Made by a program: the position numbers and the translations under genes
Shown: piece after piece, positions 17,221 to 27,337 of the stretch
How the letters are laid out: every line of letters begins with the position of its first letter
Numbering within the stretch: the stretch's first letter is position 1
From: an uncultured Pirellulales bacterium
GTDB lineage: Bacteria > Planctomycetota > Phycisphaerae > Sedimentisphaerales > SM23-30
Length of the DNA stretch: 64,000 nucleotides
NCBI GenBank assembly: GCA_964537505.1
Contig: CAZICK010000007.1
Location: forward strand, 311-64,310
Direction of reading: 5' to 3'
The notes under the pieces: generated by a model
Told to the model about the DNA's origin: nothing
Seen by the model: the letters and a program-made list of their open reading frames with translations, nothing else
Database searches by the model: none

Positions 17221-17685
17221 ATGAGCGTGGGTCTTATTGTATCAAAACTGTTTGGTAACAATGCCGCTGCAGTTCAAACGGTAGCGGCAGCTTTCGTTGT
17301 TGTCGCGTTGAATGTGGGCACTATTTTGATGTTTGACGCTGTCAGCGGAGACCCTCAGTCGGCAGAGGGAACAGATACGATTGCCGCAATATCTGAAGGA
17401 TCGATCCCTGAACAGCAGGTAACCGTGGAGCCTGAGCAGGTGGAGGCTGTTATTATGGTTGACGGTGGCGGATGTGTAGGTATCGGCGAAGAAATGATCT
17501 CCGATGGCGACGGTGATGAAGGTGTCCAGGACTCCGGGCAAGATCAACAGAGGGATTTTGAGCGGGGGGAGGAATCATCCGGTTCGGATACGGAACCGGT
17601 AGAGATTACTGATCAGGGCAGCGTAACATCGGAGGTGCGTGTTCCAGAACGGCTTTTGGACAGAAGCCCATATCAGCCACCGTAA
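17221..17685 (+). CDS. Hypothetical acidic protein with N-terminal membrane anchor (first ORF of the polysaccharide cluster)
   Basis: 154-aa ORF with a hydrophobic N-terminus and a D/E/G-rich remainder. No recognisable family. Coding status rests on ORF length and position only. Confidence 0.4.
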   Translation: MSVGLIVSKLFGNNAAAVQTVAAAFVVVALNVGTILMFDAVSGDPQSAEGTDTIAAISEGSIPEQQVTVEPEQVEAVIMVDGGGCVGIGEEMISDGDGDEGVQDSGQDQQRDFERGEESSGSDTEPVEITDQGSVTSEVRVPERLLDRSPYQPP

Positions 17686-17697
17686 TAGAAACGTCGT

Positions 17698-18888
17698 GTG
17701 AGACAAGTGATGAAACATGGATGTTTAATTAGTGTTCTTGCAACGGGAATGAGTTTTGGGATTGGCTTGTTGCTTGTTCCAGGGTGTGGTTCTGCGCCGG
17801 CCGATATGGCGATATGGCGAAGCCGATCTTTGTCCGGGGTTCATAATATAGATTTGCAGAGCAACAAGAACTCAAATGTTTCGGTTGTGGAGAAATTGTA
17901 CCAGTTTGAGCGTGCCGGTCCTATTCGGCCGACTACAGATGTATCCGAGTTGATGAGGTCACGGCGAGTTACCGGTGGTTTGTACTGTGTAGTGCCTGGG
18001 GATGTGCTGGAGTTTCGGATGCCGGCGATATTACGGGTGGTCACGCCGGAGATGATCGATTCACTGGGACAGATAGAGCCTTATATTTGCCGGGTCACCT
18101 CATCGGGTACGATACCGATTCCCATCGTTGGGTCGATTATGGTGGCCGGTAGAAGTATCGATCAGGTTGAAGCGATGATCGCAAGTGCCTACCATCCGAA
18201 ATACGTTAATATGCCTCCTGCGGTGGTCGGCAAAGTGGTCAGCTATCGGGAAGCGAGAATTTCTATTCTCGGTGCAGTTAACGAACCAGGCAGTTACCTT
18301 TGTCACAGCGACGAGATGACGCTTGTCAATTTGATAATGAAGGCGAAAGGGATTGTGAACGATGGAGCCGCAGTGATTCGTATTTGTCGTGCCGGCGACG
18401 CTAACGGGAACAATACTGTAGTGTTGCCCGTTAAGGGATTGAATATTCCGTTTGCGGACGTGGCTTTGAACGAAGGAGATATTGTCGAAGTCGAGCAGCT
18501 CAACCCACAGGTATTTACCGTTATCGGTCTTGTTAACAAGAGCGGTGTTTTTTCTTATCCGCCGGGTGTGAGATACAATCTGATGCAGGCGTTGGCTTTT
18601 GCGGGTGGAGTCAACAAGATTGCCGCCCCGCGTTACGCGAGGGTGTACCGTCAATGTGCCGACGGTAGTGTAATTTCGGCGTCTTTCCGTCTTAAAGGCA
18701 CTTCGCCTGAGGATGCAGCCAATCTTGTCATTAAGCCGGGCGATATTGTTGCGGTTGAGCAAACGTTCAGTACTCAGACGCGATTACTTTTTGCCCAGAT
18801 ATTTCGTGTTACTACTGGTCTTAACGCTTTTGCGACGTATCGTCTTGATACGTCTTTTGAAGATGCTACCAGCAGGAGCAATGATTAG
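17698..18888 (+). CDS. Polysaccharide export protein (Wza/OPX family, SLBB repeats)
   Basis: Lipoprotein signal 'LLLVPGCGS'. 'VVPGDVLEF', 'SSGTIPIPIVGSIMVAGRSIDQVEAMIA', 'ISILGAVNEPGSY', 'FTVIGLVNKSGVF'. Start is GTG 17698 or ATG 17710. Confidence 0.8.
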   Translation: MRQVMKHGCLISVLATGMSFGIGLLLVPGCGSAPADMAIWRSRSLSGVHNIDLQSNKNSNVSVVEKLYQFERAGPIRPTTDVSELMRSRRVTGGLYCVVPGDVLEFRMPAILRVVTPEMIDSLGQIEPYICRVTSSGTIPIPIVGSIMVAGRSIDQVEAMIASAYHPKYVNMPPAVVGKVVSYREARISILGAVNEPGSYLCHSDEMTLVNLIMKAKGIVNDGAAVIRICRAGDANGNNTVVLPVKGLNIPFADVALNEGDIVEVEQLNPQVFTVIGLVNKSGVFSYPPGVRYNLMQALAFAGGVNKIAAPRYARVYRQCADGSVISASFRLKGTSPEDAANLVIKPGDIVAVEQTFSTQTRLLFAQIFRVTTGLNAFATYRLDTSFEDATSRSND

Positions 18889-18960
18889 GAGCAGTAGAAG
18901 CGTTTGGTTTACGCATGTATATAAAAAATATGGCAGGTGAGATGTGTGTGAGTAGTTAAT

Positions 18961-21258
18961 TTGAAGTCTTACAAGGCTAAGACAATTGAAAACGAAAGCC
19001 ATTTAGTATCAGTTCCGAGAACCGGTGAGTTTTTCGGCGAGGGGCTGATTCATGTAATATGGCAGCGTAGATTGATTGTACTGCTGGCCGTGGTCATTAC
19101 GGTCGGAGCGACTCTTGTCTATCTGACCCGTGTCACGCCCGTCTATACGAGCACTTCGCGGCTATATGTGGAGCAAACCGGTCCTGAGATCATCACCGAG
19201 CAGGAAGGGGTTATGACCCAATCGAAGAACTATCTGCACACCCAGAAGGAATTACTAAGATCGACGCCGATTCTTGCTCTCGTCGCAGACGATCCGGCCA
19301 TCAGGCAGATGAAAACATTACGCCGGGTCAGTAATATCATTGCTTATCTGAAAGGGAGACTGAATGTTACCGTCGGCAACAGAGACGACCTTATCAGTGT
19401 TTCGTTCGATAGTCCGTATCCCCAGGAGGCGGCTCAACTGGTCAATGCGGTAGTGGATTCCTACATTACTAATCAATCTACCAGCAAGCGCAGCAGTTCC
19501 AGAGACGTGCTGAAAATACTCTACGAGGGCAAGGTCCGGCGTGATAAAGAATCAGACGAAAAGCTTCGCGCCTTATTGGAGTTTACCCGCGTCAACGGGG
19601 TTATATCTCTGGAAAACAGTGACGACAATATTATCGTGCATCGTCTTGGTCGTCTCTGCGATGTTCTGACGGAAGTCCAACTGGAAATTATGGCGGTCAA
19701 AGCAGATTATATCGCTGTCAACGCGATAATGGGTGACGCTGAGCAAGTTAAACACTTTCTCAATTCCCATCGTGGTCAGGGCGAGTATCTGTCTTCGAGG
19801 AGCCAGTACGATCAACTGGGCAAAGAGATGGATGGGCTTCAGGAGCAATTGAAAACTCTGCTGCAGTTGGGTACTTGCGATCTTCCAGCCGTCCAGACAA
19901 TCGAGATAGAAATTGCTCGACTGAAACGACGTATTACCGAGGAGGAAAACAACCTTATCCAGGGATACCGGGCCTTTCTTGTCCAGCGGTGGACCGCTGC
20001 CCTGCAAAAAGAAGCGGGAATTCGTGATTCTCTGGAAAAGCAGCAGAAGCTGGCATTGGAGCTTAACGCCAAGGCGGCGGAATATGCCATGCTGAAATCG
20101 GACCTCGATCGGTCCAAGAAGTTATGTGATGAGATCGACAATCGCATCAAGAATTCCAACGTAACCGAAGATACCGGCGCTCTTAATATCAGCATTGTGG
20201 AAATAGCGCGTCCCGCAGATCGTGCTACGTTTCCCCAGAAAGATCGCTTTGTGGCGGTATCGTTGGTTTTGGGACTGATGCTGGGGCTGGTTCTGGCGTT
20301 GTTGTGCGACTGGATGGATCATCGGCTTCGCAGCGCCGATGAGATTTCTGTTTTGCTTGGGGTGCCGGTGCTTGGCGCCGTTCCCACCATGTCTGGGAAT
20401 GAATCGAACCTGACCCGAGGCCAAAAGGTATTTCTTGAGCCGGTTTGTCCGGCGGCCGAGGCATATCGTGCGATTCGCACCGCCATTTATTTTGGCGCAG
20501 GCTGGGACAAGGTCAAGACGATTCTGGTTACGTCTGCGTCAGAAGGGGACGGCAAAACCACGGTCATCAGTAATTTGGCTGCGGCCATGGCACAGTCCGG
20601 TCAGCGTACACTTATTATCGACGCGGACTTCCGCAAACCGATGCAGCACAAGATTTTCAAGATTAATCGGCTTGACGGTCTCTCTGGTGTGCTGTCCGGG
20701 AAGTGTCAACTGGATCAGGCCATTGAGTCCACTGTTGTTAGCGGTCTGGATATACTGCCAAGTGGCGTGGTGACAGCCAATCCCTCAGAAATGCTCAGCA
20801 GTGGGGGGTTCATGGGTGTACTTGAAGAAGTTTCTCAAATGTATGATCGGATACTTATCGACTCCCCCCCGGTTCTGAACGTTACCGACTCCTGTATCCT
20901 GGGAGCGATATGCGATGGGGCCGTTTTGGTGGTTCATGCAGAAAAGACCGCCCGCAAGTCCGCTGAGCAGGCCTGTGATAATCTGTTTAGTGTTGGGACA
21001 AATGTACTTGGAGTAGTGGTTAACGATGTGTCCCCTGCCAAGAATCGTTATGGTTATTACGGCAGCTACAAATACTATTCGTACCGCTATGGGGACAGTT
21101 CTACTGGCAGAGAATCACCAGAAGATATGTCTCCAAAACCCGTAGTAATCAAGACGCAAGCGGAAAATATCAATCAGTACCGCGGTCCGTCTCGAAATGA
21201 AAAGAAACTGTCAAGGTCCAGCGGGACGGCAAAAAGCGATACCGACAAGAATGAGTGA
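18961..21258 (+). CDS. Polysaccharide co-polymerase / tyrosine autokinase (Wzc/GumC-like, Wzz domain plus BY-kinase)
   Basis: 765 aa with a TTG start. Two TM segments flank a coiled-coil periplasmic domain. Walker A 'SASEGDGKTTV', 'IIDADFRKP', and a C-terminal tyrosine cluster 'RYGYYGSYKYYSYRYG'. Confidence 0.85.
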   Translation: MKSYKAKTIENESHLVSVPRTGEFFGEGLIHVIWQRRLIVLLAVVITVGATLVYLTRVTPVYTSTSRLYVEQTGPEIITEQEGVMTQSKNYLHTQKELLRSTPILALVADDPAIRQMKTLRRVSNIIAYLKGRLNVTVGNRDDLISVSFDSPYPQEAAQLVNAVVDSYITNQSTSKRSSSRDVLKILYEGKVRRDKESDEKLRALLEFTRVNGVISLENSDDNIIVHRLGRLCDVLTEVQLEIMAVKADYIAVNAIMGDAEQVKHFLNSHRGQGEYLSSRSQYDQLGKEMDGLQEQLKTLLQLGTCDLPAVQTIEIEIARLKRRITEEENNLIQGYRAFLVQRWTAALQKEAGIRDSLEKQQKLALELNAKAAEYAMLKSDLDRSKKLCDEIDNRIKNSNVTEDTGALNISIVEIARPADRATFPQKDRFVAVSLVLGLMLGLVLALLCDWMDHRLRSADEISVLLGVPVLGAVPTMSGNESNLTRGQKVFLEPVCPAAEAYRAIRTAIYFGAGWDKVKTILVTSASEGDGKTTVISNLAAAMAQSGQRTLIIDADFRKPMQHKIFKINRLDGLSGVLSGKCQLDQAIESTVVSGLDILPSGVVTANPSEMLSSGGFMGVLEEVSQMYDRILIDSPPVLNVTDSCILGAICDGAVLVVHAEKTARKSAEQACDNLFSVGTNVLGVVVNDVSPAKNRYGYYGSYKYYSYRYGDSSTGRESPEDMSPKPVVIKTQAENINQYRGPSRNEKKLSRSSGTAKSDTDKNE

Positions 21259-21260
21259 AA

Positions 21261-23834
21261 ATGAATAGTAAAATGTTATCAGAAGACATCGAAAATAATT
21301 TGAAGGCAACCGACATGCCGGTTTCGTCAGAACAAGTATGCCTGTTTGATCGTGTCATCGAAGCTTTGATGATCGGTCTGTTGTTTTTCATGCCTCTTGC
21401 CCTTGGAGTCGTTCATGCCTGGAGCGAGCAGGTAATTATTGTGTTTGCCGGCGCCATGGCGTTTTGTCTGGCTCTTAAGTTTGCTGTCAGGAAAGAAGCC
21501 AAGCCGGTCTGGACGTGGGCATATATACCGATGGTACTGTTTGTCCTTGCGGTTGTTATTCAACTGGCGTCTCTTGGCAGCCGGCTGGTGAGAATCGTCT
21601 CGCCCAATACCGCGGCGATGAAAACGGCTCTCCTGGGCGATCTGCCCAATATGCCCGAGATACGAGATTCAATGACGCTGAGTTTTTATCCCTGGGCGAC
21701 CGGTCGTGAACTGTGCCTGGTCCTGGTGGTGGTGACGGTTTTTATCGTGGTAGTCAACGTTTATCGCAGCGAACAACAGATCAAGCGGTTGCTGGGCGTT
21801 ATTGCCCTGGTCGGCGGCGGCATAGCGGTGCTGGCCCTGGCGGGCGGGCTGTTCGGCAACGGTAAGATTTACTGGTTGATACCTTCAGGTCATAAGGTTA
21901 CATACTCGGGTTCCTTCATCAACCATAGTCATTACGGTCAGTTTATGAATCTTTCAATTGGCGCAGCTTTTGGGTTGTTGTTGGTAAAACTGCAGGAAAA
22001 GTTTTCGCACCACAGGATTAAGTCGCCTATCGCTGTAACGAGATCGGACAAAGGCGGTATGCGAGTTGTCTGGCTTTTGACGATAATGATCATAATCGGC
22101 ATCGCTAGTATTTTCGCTTCGCTGACGCGTGGGGGCATGATTAGTTTTCTGATTGCCGGGGCCTTTACAACGATAGTCTTAACCAGGAATCGCCGACCGA
22201 ACGGTCGAAACTGGATTATGGCTGTGATAGCATTGGGAGCGTTTGTCTGCATACTCTATGTCGGTTTCGAGGCGGTATATGATCGGCTGGCTACCTTACG
22301 GGATGTGGACAAGTACGAAGACCGCTGGGGCGTTGTCAAGGACCTTATACCGTTGGCGTGTCAGTTTCCTCTTTTGGGTACGGGTCTGGGTTCGCTGGAA
22401 ATGGTCTATCAGATATTTGACAGATCGATGAGTTCCAAGCTGATGGTTCATGCGGACAATGAGTACATCCAAACGATAGTAGAGATGGGTATGATCGGCA
22501 TGAATCTGGTGGTAATTTTCGCGGTTATTGTCTGGTACAATTATTACCGCATTGTCAGGCATGTTCGTGTGCCGATCCGCTGGGCGGCCTTTGGTCTGGG
22601 ATTTGGCGTTTTGGCAGTAATGCTTCACAGCTTTAGTGACTATGGTCAACACGTGCCGGCCAATGCGTGTTTGTCGGCGGTGTTCTGCGGATTGATAATC
22701 AACCTGGCCCGTATGGGCCGCGGTCGTCAGGATGTCGGTGTAGATAATGAACCGCAAGTACAAGTTGCTGTCCGAGGCGGTTGGCGTTTATTGCGTGTCG
22801 GTCTGCTTATTAGTGTGGCGGCTGGGTGGAGCTGGTTGCTGGTTGGTGCCGACAAGGCCCGCAGGGCTGAGAGTTGCTGGAAACAGGCACTGCAAATCGA
22901 GAATAAACTTACCGCCGTCAAAACAGATTCCGGGACCGATCAGACGGATCACAAATGGCAGGGCGGCAGTGAAGAATATGCCGCCTTAATCCAGTATGCG
23001 TTAAAGGCCGTTTGTTATCAACCTCATAATGTTAAATACAGATATTGGCTGAACGTTTATCGGTGGCAATCCCTGAGCCGGGAAGATATCAGTTCAACCG
23101 AGTATAACAATGTCACGGCCCAAATCGTTGCCGATTTTCACCACAGCCGTGCATTGTGTGCGACATTCGGCCCGACATATTGTCTGGCCGGTCAGTTGGA
23201 AAAGTATATTTTGGGTTCTCCGGCGGGCGCCAAACATATTCGGCAGGGTTACTATCTGATGGGCAATGACGCTACGGCCTGTTTTACCGCTACGTTGCTG
23301 GATGTAGAGGAAGGTCGCTTTGCGGAATCGCTGAGGAAATTTCACCGCTATCTGCTGTTAAAAGGTTCGTTTGACGATGTGATCGATGTTTACGTTAATC
23401 AAGAAGATCGGCCGGACCTGGCGGTTTCTGCCGCGGGGAATGATGTCCGTCGTCTTATTTGTTTGTCAACGGTTCTGGAACGCAGCGATAAGCATCGTAA
23501 TCTGGCGGAAACGATACAAAAAAAGATTATTGACCTGCTCAAAAGACAATGCGAACAATCGGACGTATCGGCAGCGACGCTGGCTTATCTGGCGCGTGTC
23601 TATTACAAACAGGAAAAATATGATTTGGCAATAGAGTATTTTCGCCAGGCGATTGCCCTTGATTATGGGCAGGTCCAATGGCGAATATCGCTTGCCCGGA
23701 TGTTGGCTGAGGTGAATCGTGTTCCCGAAGCAATCCACGAAGCGCAGGTGTGCCTGCGGCTGGAGCCGCAGATGGAAGCGGCCAAAAAATTATTGGCGAG
23801 TTTGGCCGTTATACCCAACGCACGGACGAATTGA
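21261..23834 (+). CDS. O-antigen ligase/polymerase-family membrane protein (Wzy_C) fused to a large C-terminal TPR domain
   Basis: Polytopic N-terminal 500 aa with 'HADNEYIQTIVEMGMIG' (a Wzy_C-type motif). The C-terminal ~340 aa are TPR-like. Start is ATG 21261 (or GTG 21255, overlapping the Wzc stop). Confidence 0.75.
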   Translation: MNSKMLSEDIENNLKATDMPVSSEQVCLFDRVIEALMIGLLFFMPLALGVVHAWSEQVIIVFAGAMAFCLALKFAVRKEAKPVWTWAYIPMVLFVLAVVIQLASLGSRLVRIVSPNTAAMKTALLGDLPNMPEIRDSMTLSFYPWATGRELCLVLVVVTVFIVVVNVYRSEQQIKRLLGVIALVGGGIAVLALAGGLFGNGKIYWLIPSGHKVTYSGSFINHSHYGQFMNLSIGAAFGLLLVKLQEKFSHHRIKSPIAVTRSDKGGMRVVWLLTIMIIIGIASIFASLTRGGMISFLIAGAFTTIVLTRNRRPNGRNWIMAVIALGAFVCILYVGFEAVYDRLATLRDVDKYEDRWGVVKDLIPLACQFPLLGTGLGSLEMVYQIFDRSMSSKLMVHADNEYIQTIVEMGMIGMNLVVIFAVIVWYNYYRIVRHVRVPIRWAAFGLGFGVLAVMLHSFSDYGQHVPANACLSAVFCGLIINLARMGRGRQDVGVDNEPQVQVAVRGGWRLLRVGLLISVAAGWSWLLVGADKARRAESCWKQALQIENKLTAVKTDSGTDQTDHKWQGGSEEYAALIQYALKAVCYQPHNVKYRYWLNVYRWQSLSREDISSTEYNNVTAQIVADFHHSRALCATFGPTYCLAGQLEKYILGSPAGAKHIRQGYYLMGNDATACFTATLLDVEEGRFAESLRKFHRYLLLKGSFDDVIDVYVNQEDRPDLAVSAAGNDVRRLICLSTVLERSDKHRNLAETIQKKIIDLLKRQCEQSDVSAATLAYLARVYYKQEKYDLAIEYFRQAIALDYGQVQWRISLARMLAEVNRVPEAIHEAQVCLRLEPQMEAAKKLLASLAVIPNARTN

Positions 23835-24101
23835 CCCGGGAAACCGGGATGTTGTTGATGATGTTAAAATTCAGGTTTCGGATGCGGATGTATCGAACCT
23901 GAAAAAATAGCGACGAAGGCCCCGGCTTGTCAGGGTCGCAAAAGCGCCGAGAGCGAAGATGGCCTGACACCGACGGGGACGGAGTTTGCCCCGATCGGCA
24001 TCGTAGATTACAAGTTTTATGTTTATATTTGTTGTGGCCGATCACTGAGACGTGCAGTTTGAGTTTGCAACACATTGTTTTTTTGTAAAGGATGGATTTG
24101 T

Positions 24102-25646
24102 ATGACTACTTATTTGCTTGTTTATTTCGGATCGGTTCTGCTGGCAGCCTTGTGCACTCCTGTGATGATATTTGCCGCCCGCTCACTGAATATCTATGAT
24201 GACATGAATGTTCGCAAGGTGCATGCCAAGGCAATTCCGCGTATCGGCGGCGTAACAATTGTGCTGTCAATGCTGGGGTTGACAATACCAGTTCTTATGC
24301 TGAATAATTTTGTAGGCAAGAGTTTTCGTGAGGTTCAGCTCAAGATAATCGTACTGTTGGCCGGGGGCGTTTTAGTTTTTGCGATGGGGCTGGTCGATGA
24401 TCTGTGTCGTTTGAGGGTTCGCACAAAGTTTCTGTCGCAACTTGTCGTAGCCGTGGCGGTATGTGCCTTCGGCATTCGCATAGAAAGCGTTTCTTTGGTC
24501 GATTGGTTTACGCTTTCTTTCGGCTGGTTTTCCTGGCCGATCACGATTTTATGGATTGTCGGTATTACTAATGCTGTCAACCTGATCGACGGTCTCGATG
24601 GATTGGCGGCCGGGATTTCCGCCATTGCCTGTGGCGTCATTGCGGTGTTTGCCATTTATTCGGGACAACCGGTCATGGCGGTACTGATGCTGGCGTTGCT
24701 GGGCAGTCTTACCGGATTTTTGTTTTTCAATTTTAATCCGGCGAGGATATTTATGGGTGACTGTGGCAGTATGTTTCTGGGTTTTATGTTGGCGACGTCC
24801 AGCGTTCTGTGCGCTACCAAGAGCGCGACGTTTGTGGGCCTGGCCCTTCCGACACTGGCTTTAGGGATACCTATTTTCGATACTCTTTTCAGTATGCTGC
24901 GTCGTTTTCTGGAACGGCGTTCGATTTTCTCTCCGGACCGCAGCCACTTTCACCATCGATTGCTCGATATGGGACTGCATCAACGTCATGTGGTCCTTCT
25001 AATCTATACTTTGACGCTCGTGATTGCGGGCCTGGGAATGTTCATGATGGCTACGCGTAATACCGGTACGATTGTCATATTTATCTGTGCACTGGTTTTG
25101 CTGCTGCTGGTGTTTCGGATATTCGGCGCGGTACGGCTGGGCGAGATCATTAATAAGCTGCAGCACAACCGGAATCTGGTCATTCAAACCAAAGGAGACA
25201 AGCGTGATTTCGATATTGCTCAACTACAGCTTCGTTTGGCCGTCACGTTCGACCAGTGGTGGCATGGAGTTCAAAGTGCCGCTGACCGAATGGAGTGTTC
25301 CTGGGTGATGCTACCTCTTCAAAGTCGCGACGGAAGTAAAAAGACACTGCTGTGGCGCAGCAAGGGGCCGGAACCAGCTCCTGAGAAGCTGCTGGAAATG
25401 ACCTTACCCTTACGCCAGCGACGCGCCAACGAATCGTTGCGGATAGTAGTGGCTGTCAAGGTTAACGGTTCTCTGGAATCGGCCGGCAATCGTGCGGCGC
25501 TGTTCAGCCGTCTTATCGATGAACACAATCTGGAAAACCTGTCCACGGCGGTACCGGATATCAATTGGCTGGAAATTTGGACTGGACAATCAAGTTCCGG
25601 CGATGCCGTCAAACCTTCAAAACGAAAATATATTACCATTAGCTGA
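24102..25646 (+). CDS. Polyprenyl-phosphate hexose/HexNAc-1-phosphate transferase (WecA/MraY family) with a ~170-aa C-terminal extension
   Basis: 'NAVNLIDGLDGLAAG' and 'FMGDCGSMFLGF' motifs in a polytopic membrane domain. The soluble C-terminal tail has no recognisable family. Confidence 0.8.
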   Translation: MTTYLLVYFGSVLLAALCTPVMIFAARSLNIYDDMNVRKVHAKAIPRIGGVTIVLSMLGLTIPVLMLNNFVGKSFREVQLKIIVLLAGGVLVFAMGLVDDLCRLRVRTKFLSQLVVAVAVCAFGIRIESVSLVDWFTLSFGWFSWPITILWIVGITNAVNLIDGLDGLAAGISAIACGVIAVFAIYSGQPVMAVLMLALLGSLTGFLFFNFNPARIFMGDCGSMFLGFMLATSSVLCATKSATFVGLALPTLALGIPIFDTLFSMLRRFLERRSIFSPDRSHFHHRLLDMGLHQRHVVLLIYTLTLVIAGLGMFMMATRNTGTIVIFICALVLLLLVFRIFGAVRLGEIINKLQHNRNLVIQTKGDKRDFDIAQLQLRLAVTFDQWWHGVQSAADRMECSWVMLPLQSRDGSKKTLLWRSKGPEPAPEKLLEMTLPLRQRRANESLRIVVAVKVNGSLESAGNRAALFSRLIDEHNLENLSTAVPDINWLEIWTGQSSSGDAVKPSKRKYITIS

Positions 25647-25720
25647 AAGTAGAAGACTGGTTGTCTGTGCTGAAGACTACGGCAGTTCAAATTGGGCATA
25701 AATATTTTGACGGGGCAAAC

Positions 25721-26554
25721 ATGCCATTAGAAACAGAGTTGAGCCTTGTAAAATCCGCTGCGCGTCTGGCAGGTGAGGCGATTTTGCGAATCGCTCAAGA
25801 AGATTTCGAAACGAATCAAAAAAAAGATCGTAGTTTTGTCACTGCCGCTGATCTGGAGGCAAATCGTATTCTAAAAAATCTGTTGACTGTGGAATTTCCC
25901 GAATATGGATGGCTCTCAGAAGAGACAAGCGATGACCATAAACGGCTGGGTCAGCAGCGTGTCTGGATTGTGGACCCTGTGGACGGTACGCGGGAATTTG
26001 TTAAGAAGATTCCGGAGTTCGCTGTTTCCGTGGCGTTGGTCGAGCAGAACAGGGTGGTTTTGGGTGTAGTGTATAATCCTTCGACAGGAGAGCTTTTCGA
26101 AGCAGTACGAAACAGTGGAGCAAAGCTTAACGGTCAGGTAATTATGTCTGACCATTCGCTGGGTGCCAAACCGATAGTGGAAGCCAGCCGATCGGATCTC
26201 AAAAAGGGGAAGTTCGAGTTTTTGGAAACTTTGATGGAGATCAATCCCTGCGGGTCAATCGCTTATAAGCTGGCCCGGGTGGCTGCCGGCCGGGCCGATG
26301 GGGTGCTCAGCCTTACCCCGAAAAACGAATGGGACATTGCCGCTGGGGTGTTACTGGTCGAAGAGGCGGGCGGAAAGGCGCGGCGGTGCTCCGGTGAGCC
26401 GTTTGTTTTCAATCAGCGACAGACGCTCGTTGACGGTATTATTGCCGCCAGTGCGACCGCATACGATACAATTCGAGAGATAGTCAGGCATCAAGAGATA
26501 ATCGAAACAGTACAAATAGAAACATGTGATAAACCCATTGATGTGGAGATATGA
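25721..26554 (+). CDS. cysQ: 3'(2'),5'-bisphosphate nucleotidase (CysQ / inositol monophosphatase family)
   Basis: 'WIVDPVDGTREF' and 'EWDIAAG' IMPase-family motifs. It sits directly upstream of the PAPS-synthesis genes. Start ATG 25721 preferred over TTG 25661. Confidence 0.7.
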   Translation: MPLETELSLVKSAARLAGEAILRIAQEDFETNQKKDRSFVTAADLEANRILKNLLTVEFPEYGWLSEETSDDHKRLGQQRVWIVDPVDGTREFVKKIPEFAVSVALVEQNRVVLGVVYNPSTGELFEAVRNSGAKLNGQVIMSDHSLGAKPIVEASRSDLKKGKFEFLETLMEINPCGSIAYKLARVAAGRADGVLSLTPKNEWDIAAGVLLVEEAGGKARRCSGEPFVFNQRQTLVDGIIAASATAYDTIREIVRHQEIIETVQIETCDKPIDVEI

Positions 26555-27212
26555 TTTGAATAAGGCAGTGAAGGAAACGAATATTATCTGGCAGTCGAGT
26601 CGGATAAGTCTCGAAGATCGCGAAAGACTGCTCGGTCAGCGAGGCTGCGTTGTCTGGCTGACGGGTTTGTCGGGGTCCGGCAAAAGCACAATTGCCTGTA
26701 TGCTGGAAGAACAGTTGGTACGCTGTGGTCACCCGGCTTGTGTACTGGATGGTGATAATGTTCGCCATGGTCTTAACCGCGATTTGGGTTTTTCGGCTGA
26801 GGATCGTCGTGAAAACATCCGCCGGATCGGAGAAGTAGCAGCTCTGTTCGCGCGGTCAGGTATGATCGCGATTACTTCGTTCATTTCGCCTTACAGAGCT
26901 GGGAGAGATACCGCACGCCAGGCCCTTGATGATGGGATATTCATAGAAATCTACCTCGATACGCCTCTGGAAGAGTGCGAAAAGCGTGATCCAAAAGGGC
27001 TTTACCAAAGGGCACGAGTTGGTGAAATTGTTGAGTTCACCGGTATCGATGCGCCCTACGAACCGCCGAGAGATCCCGAAATGATTCTGCACACCCACAA
27101 GATGTCCCTACAGGAGTGTGTTGAGGCTATCTGGGACTATCTTCTTAAGCGTGGGGTACTTTGCAGATCCGAAGGTCAGGTCAAAACGCAGGAGTTTAGC
27201 CATTGTCGATAG
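26541..27212 (+). CDS. cysC: Adenylyl-sulfate (APS) kinase
   Basis: '[18 protein letters not shown]' P-loop, '[17 protein letters not shown]', 'SFISPYR'. Overlaps the cysQ stop. Confidence 0.9.
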   Translation: MWRYDLNKAVKETNIIWQSSRISLEDRERLLGQRGCVVWLTGLSGSGKSTIACMLEEQLVRCGHPACVLDGDNVRHGLNRDLGFSAEDRRENIRRIGEVAALFARSGMIAITSFISPYRAGRDTARQALDDGIFIEIYLDTPLEECEKRDPKGLYQRARVGEIVEFTGIDAPYEPPRDPEMILHTHKMSLQECVEAIWDYLLKRGVLCRSEGQVKTQEFSHCR

Positions 27213-27337
27213 AGTTTGAGGAGCCAGAGATGGTTGACGTATCCGATGATTATGCTGCGAATAAGTACGCTACCGGGTCGTGCGATGCTTTACGGTCTTC
27301 CAAGGCGATCCGAGCAACACAACCAGACGAAAAAACA

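Noticed and set aside
23809-24075. 88-aa minus-strand ORF in the structured intergenic gap
   Set aside because: It is Cys/Arg/Ser-rich with no start context, and it lies opposite to a 40-kb unidirectional operon. The region is better explained as structured non-coding RNA or DNA.
25400-25480. PilZ-type c-di-GMP binding motif in the WecA-like C-terminal tail (RQRRANESLR ... NGSLESAG)
   Set aside because: The spacing does not fit RxxxR ... (D/N)xSxxG. The resemblance is superficial.
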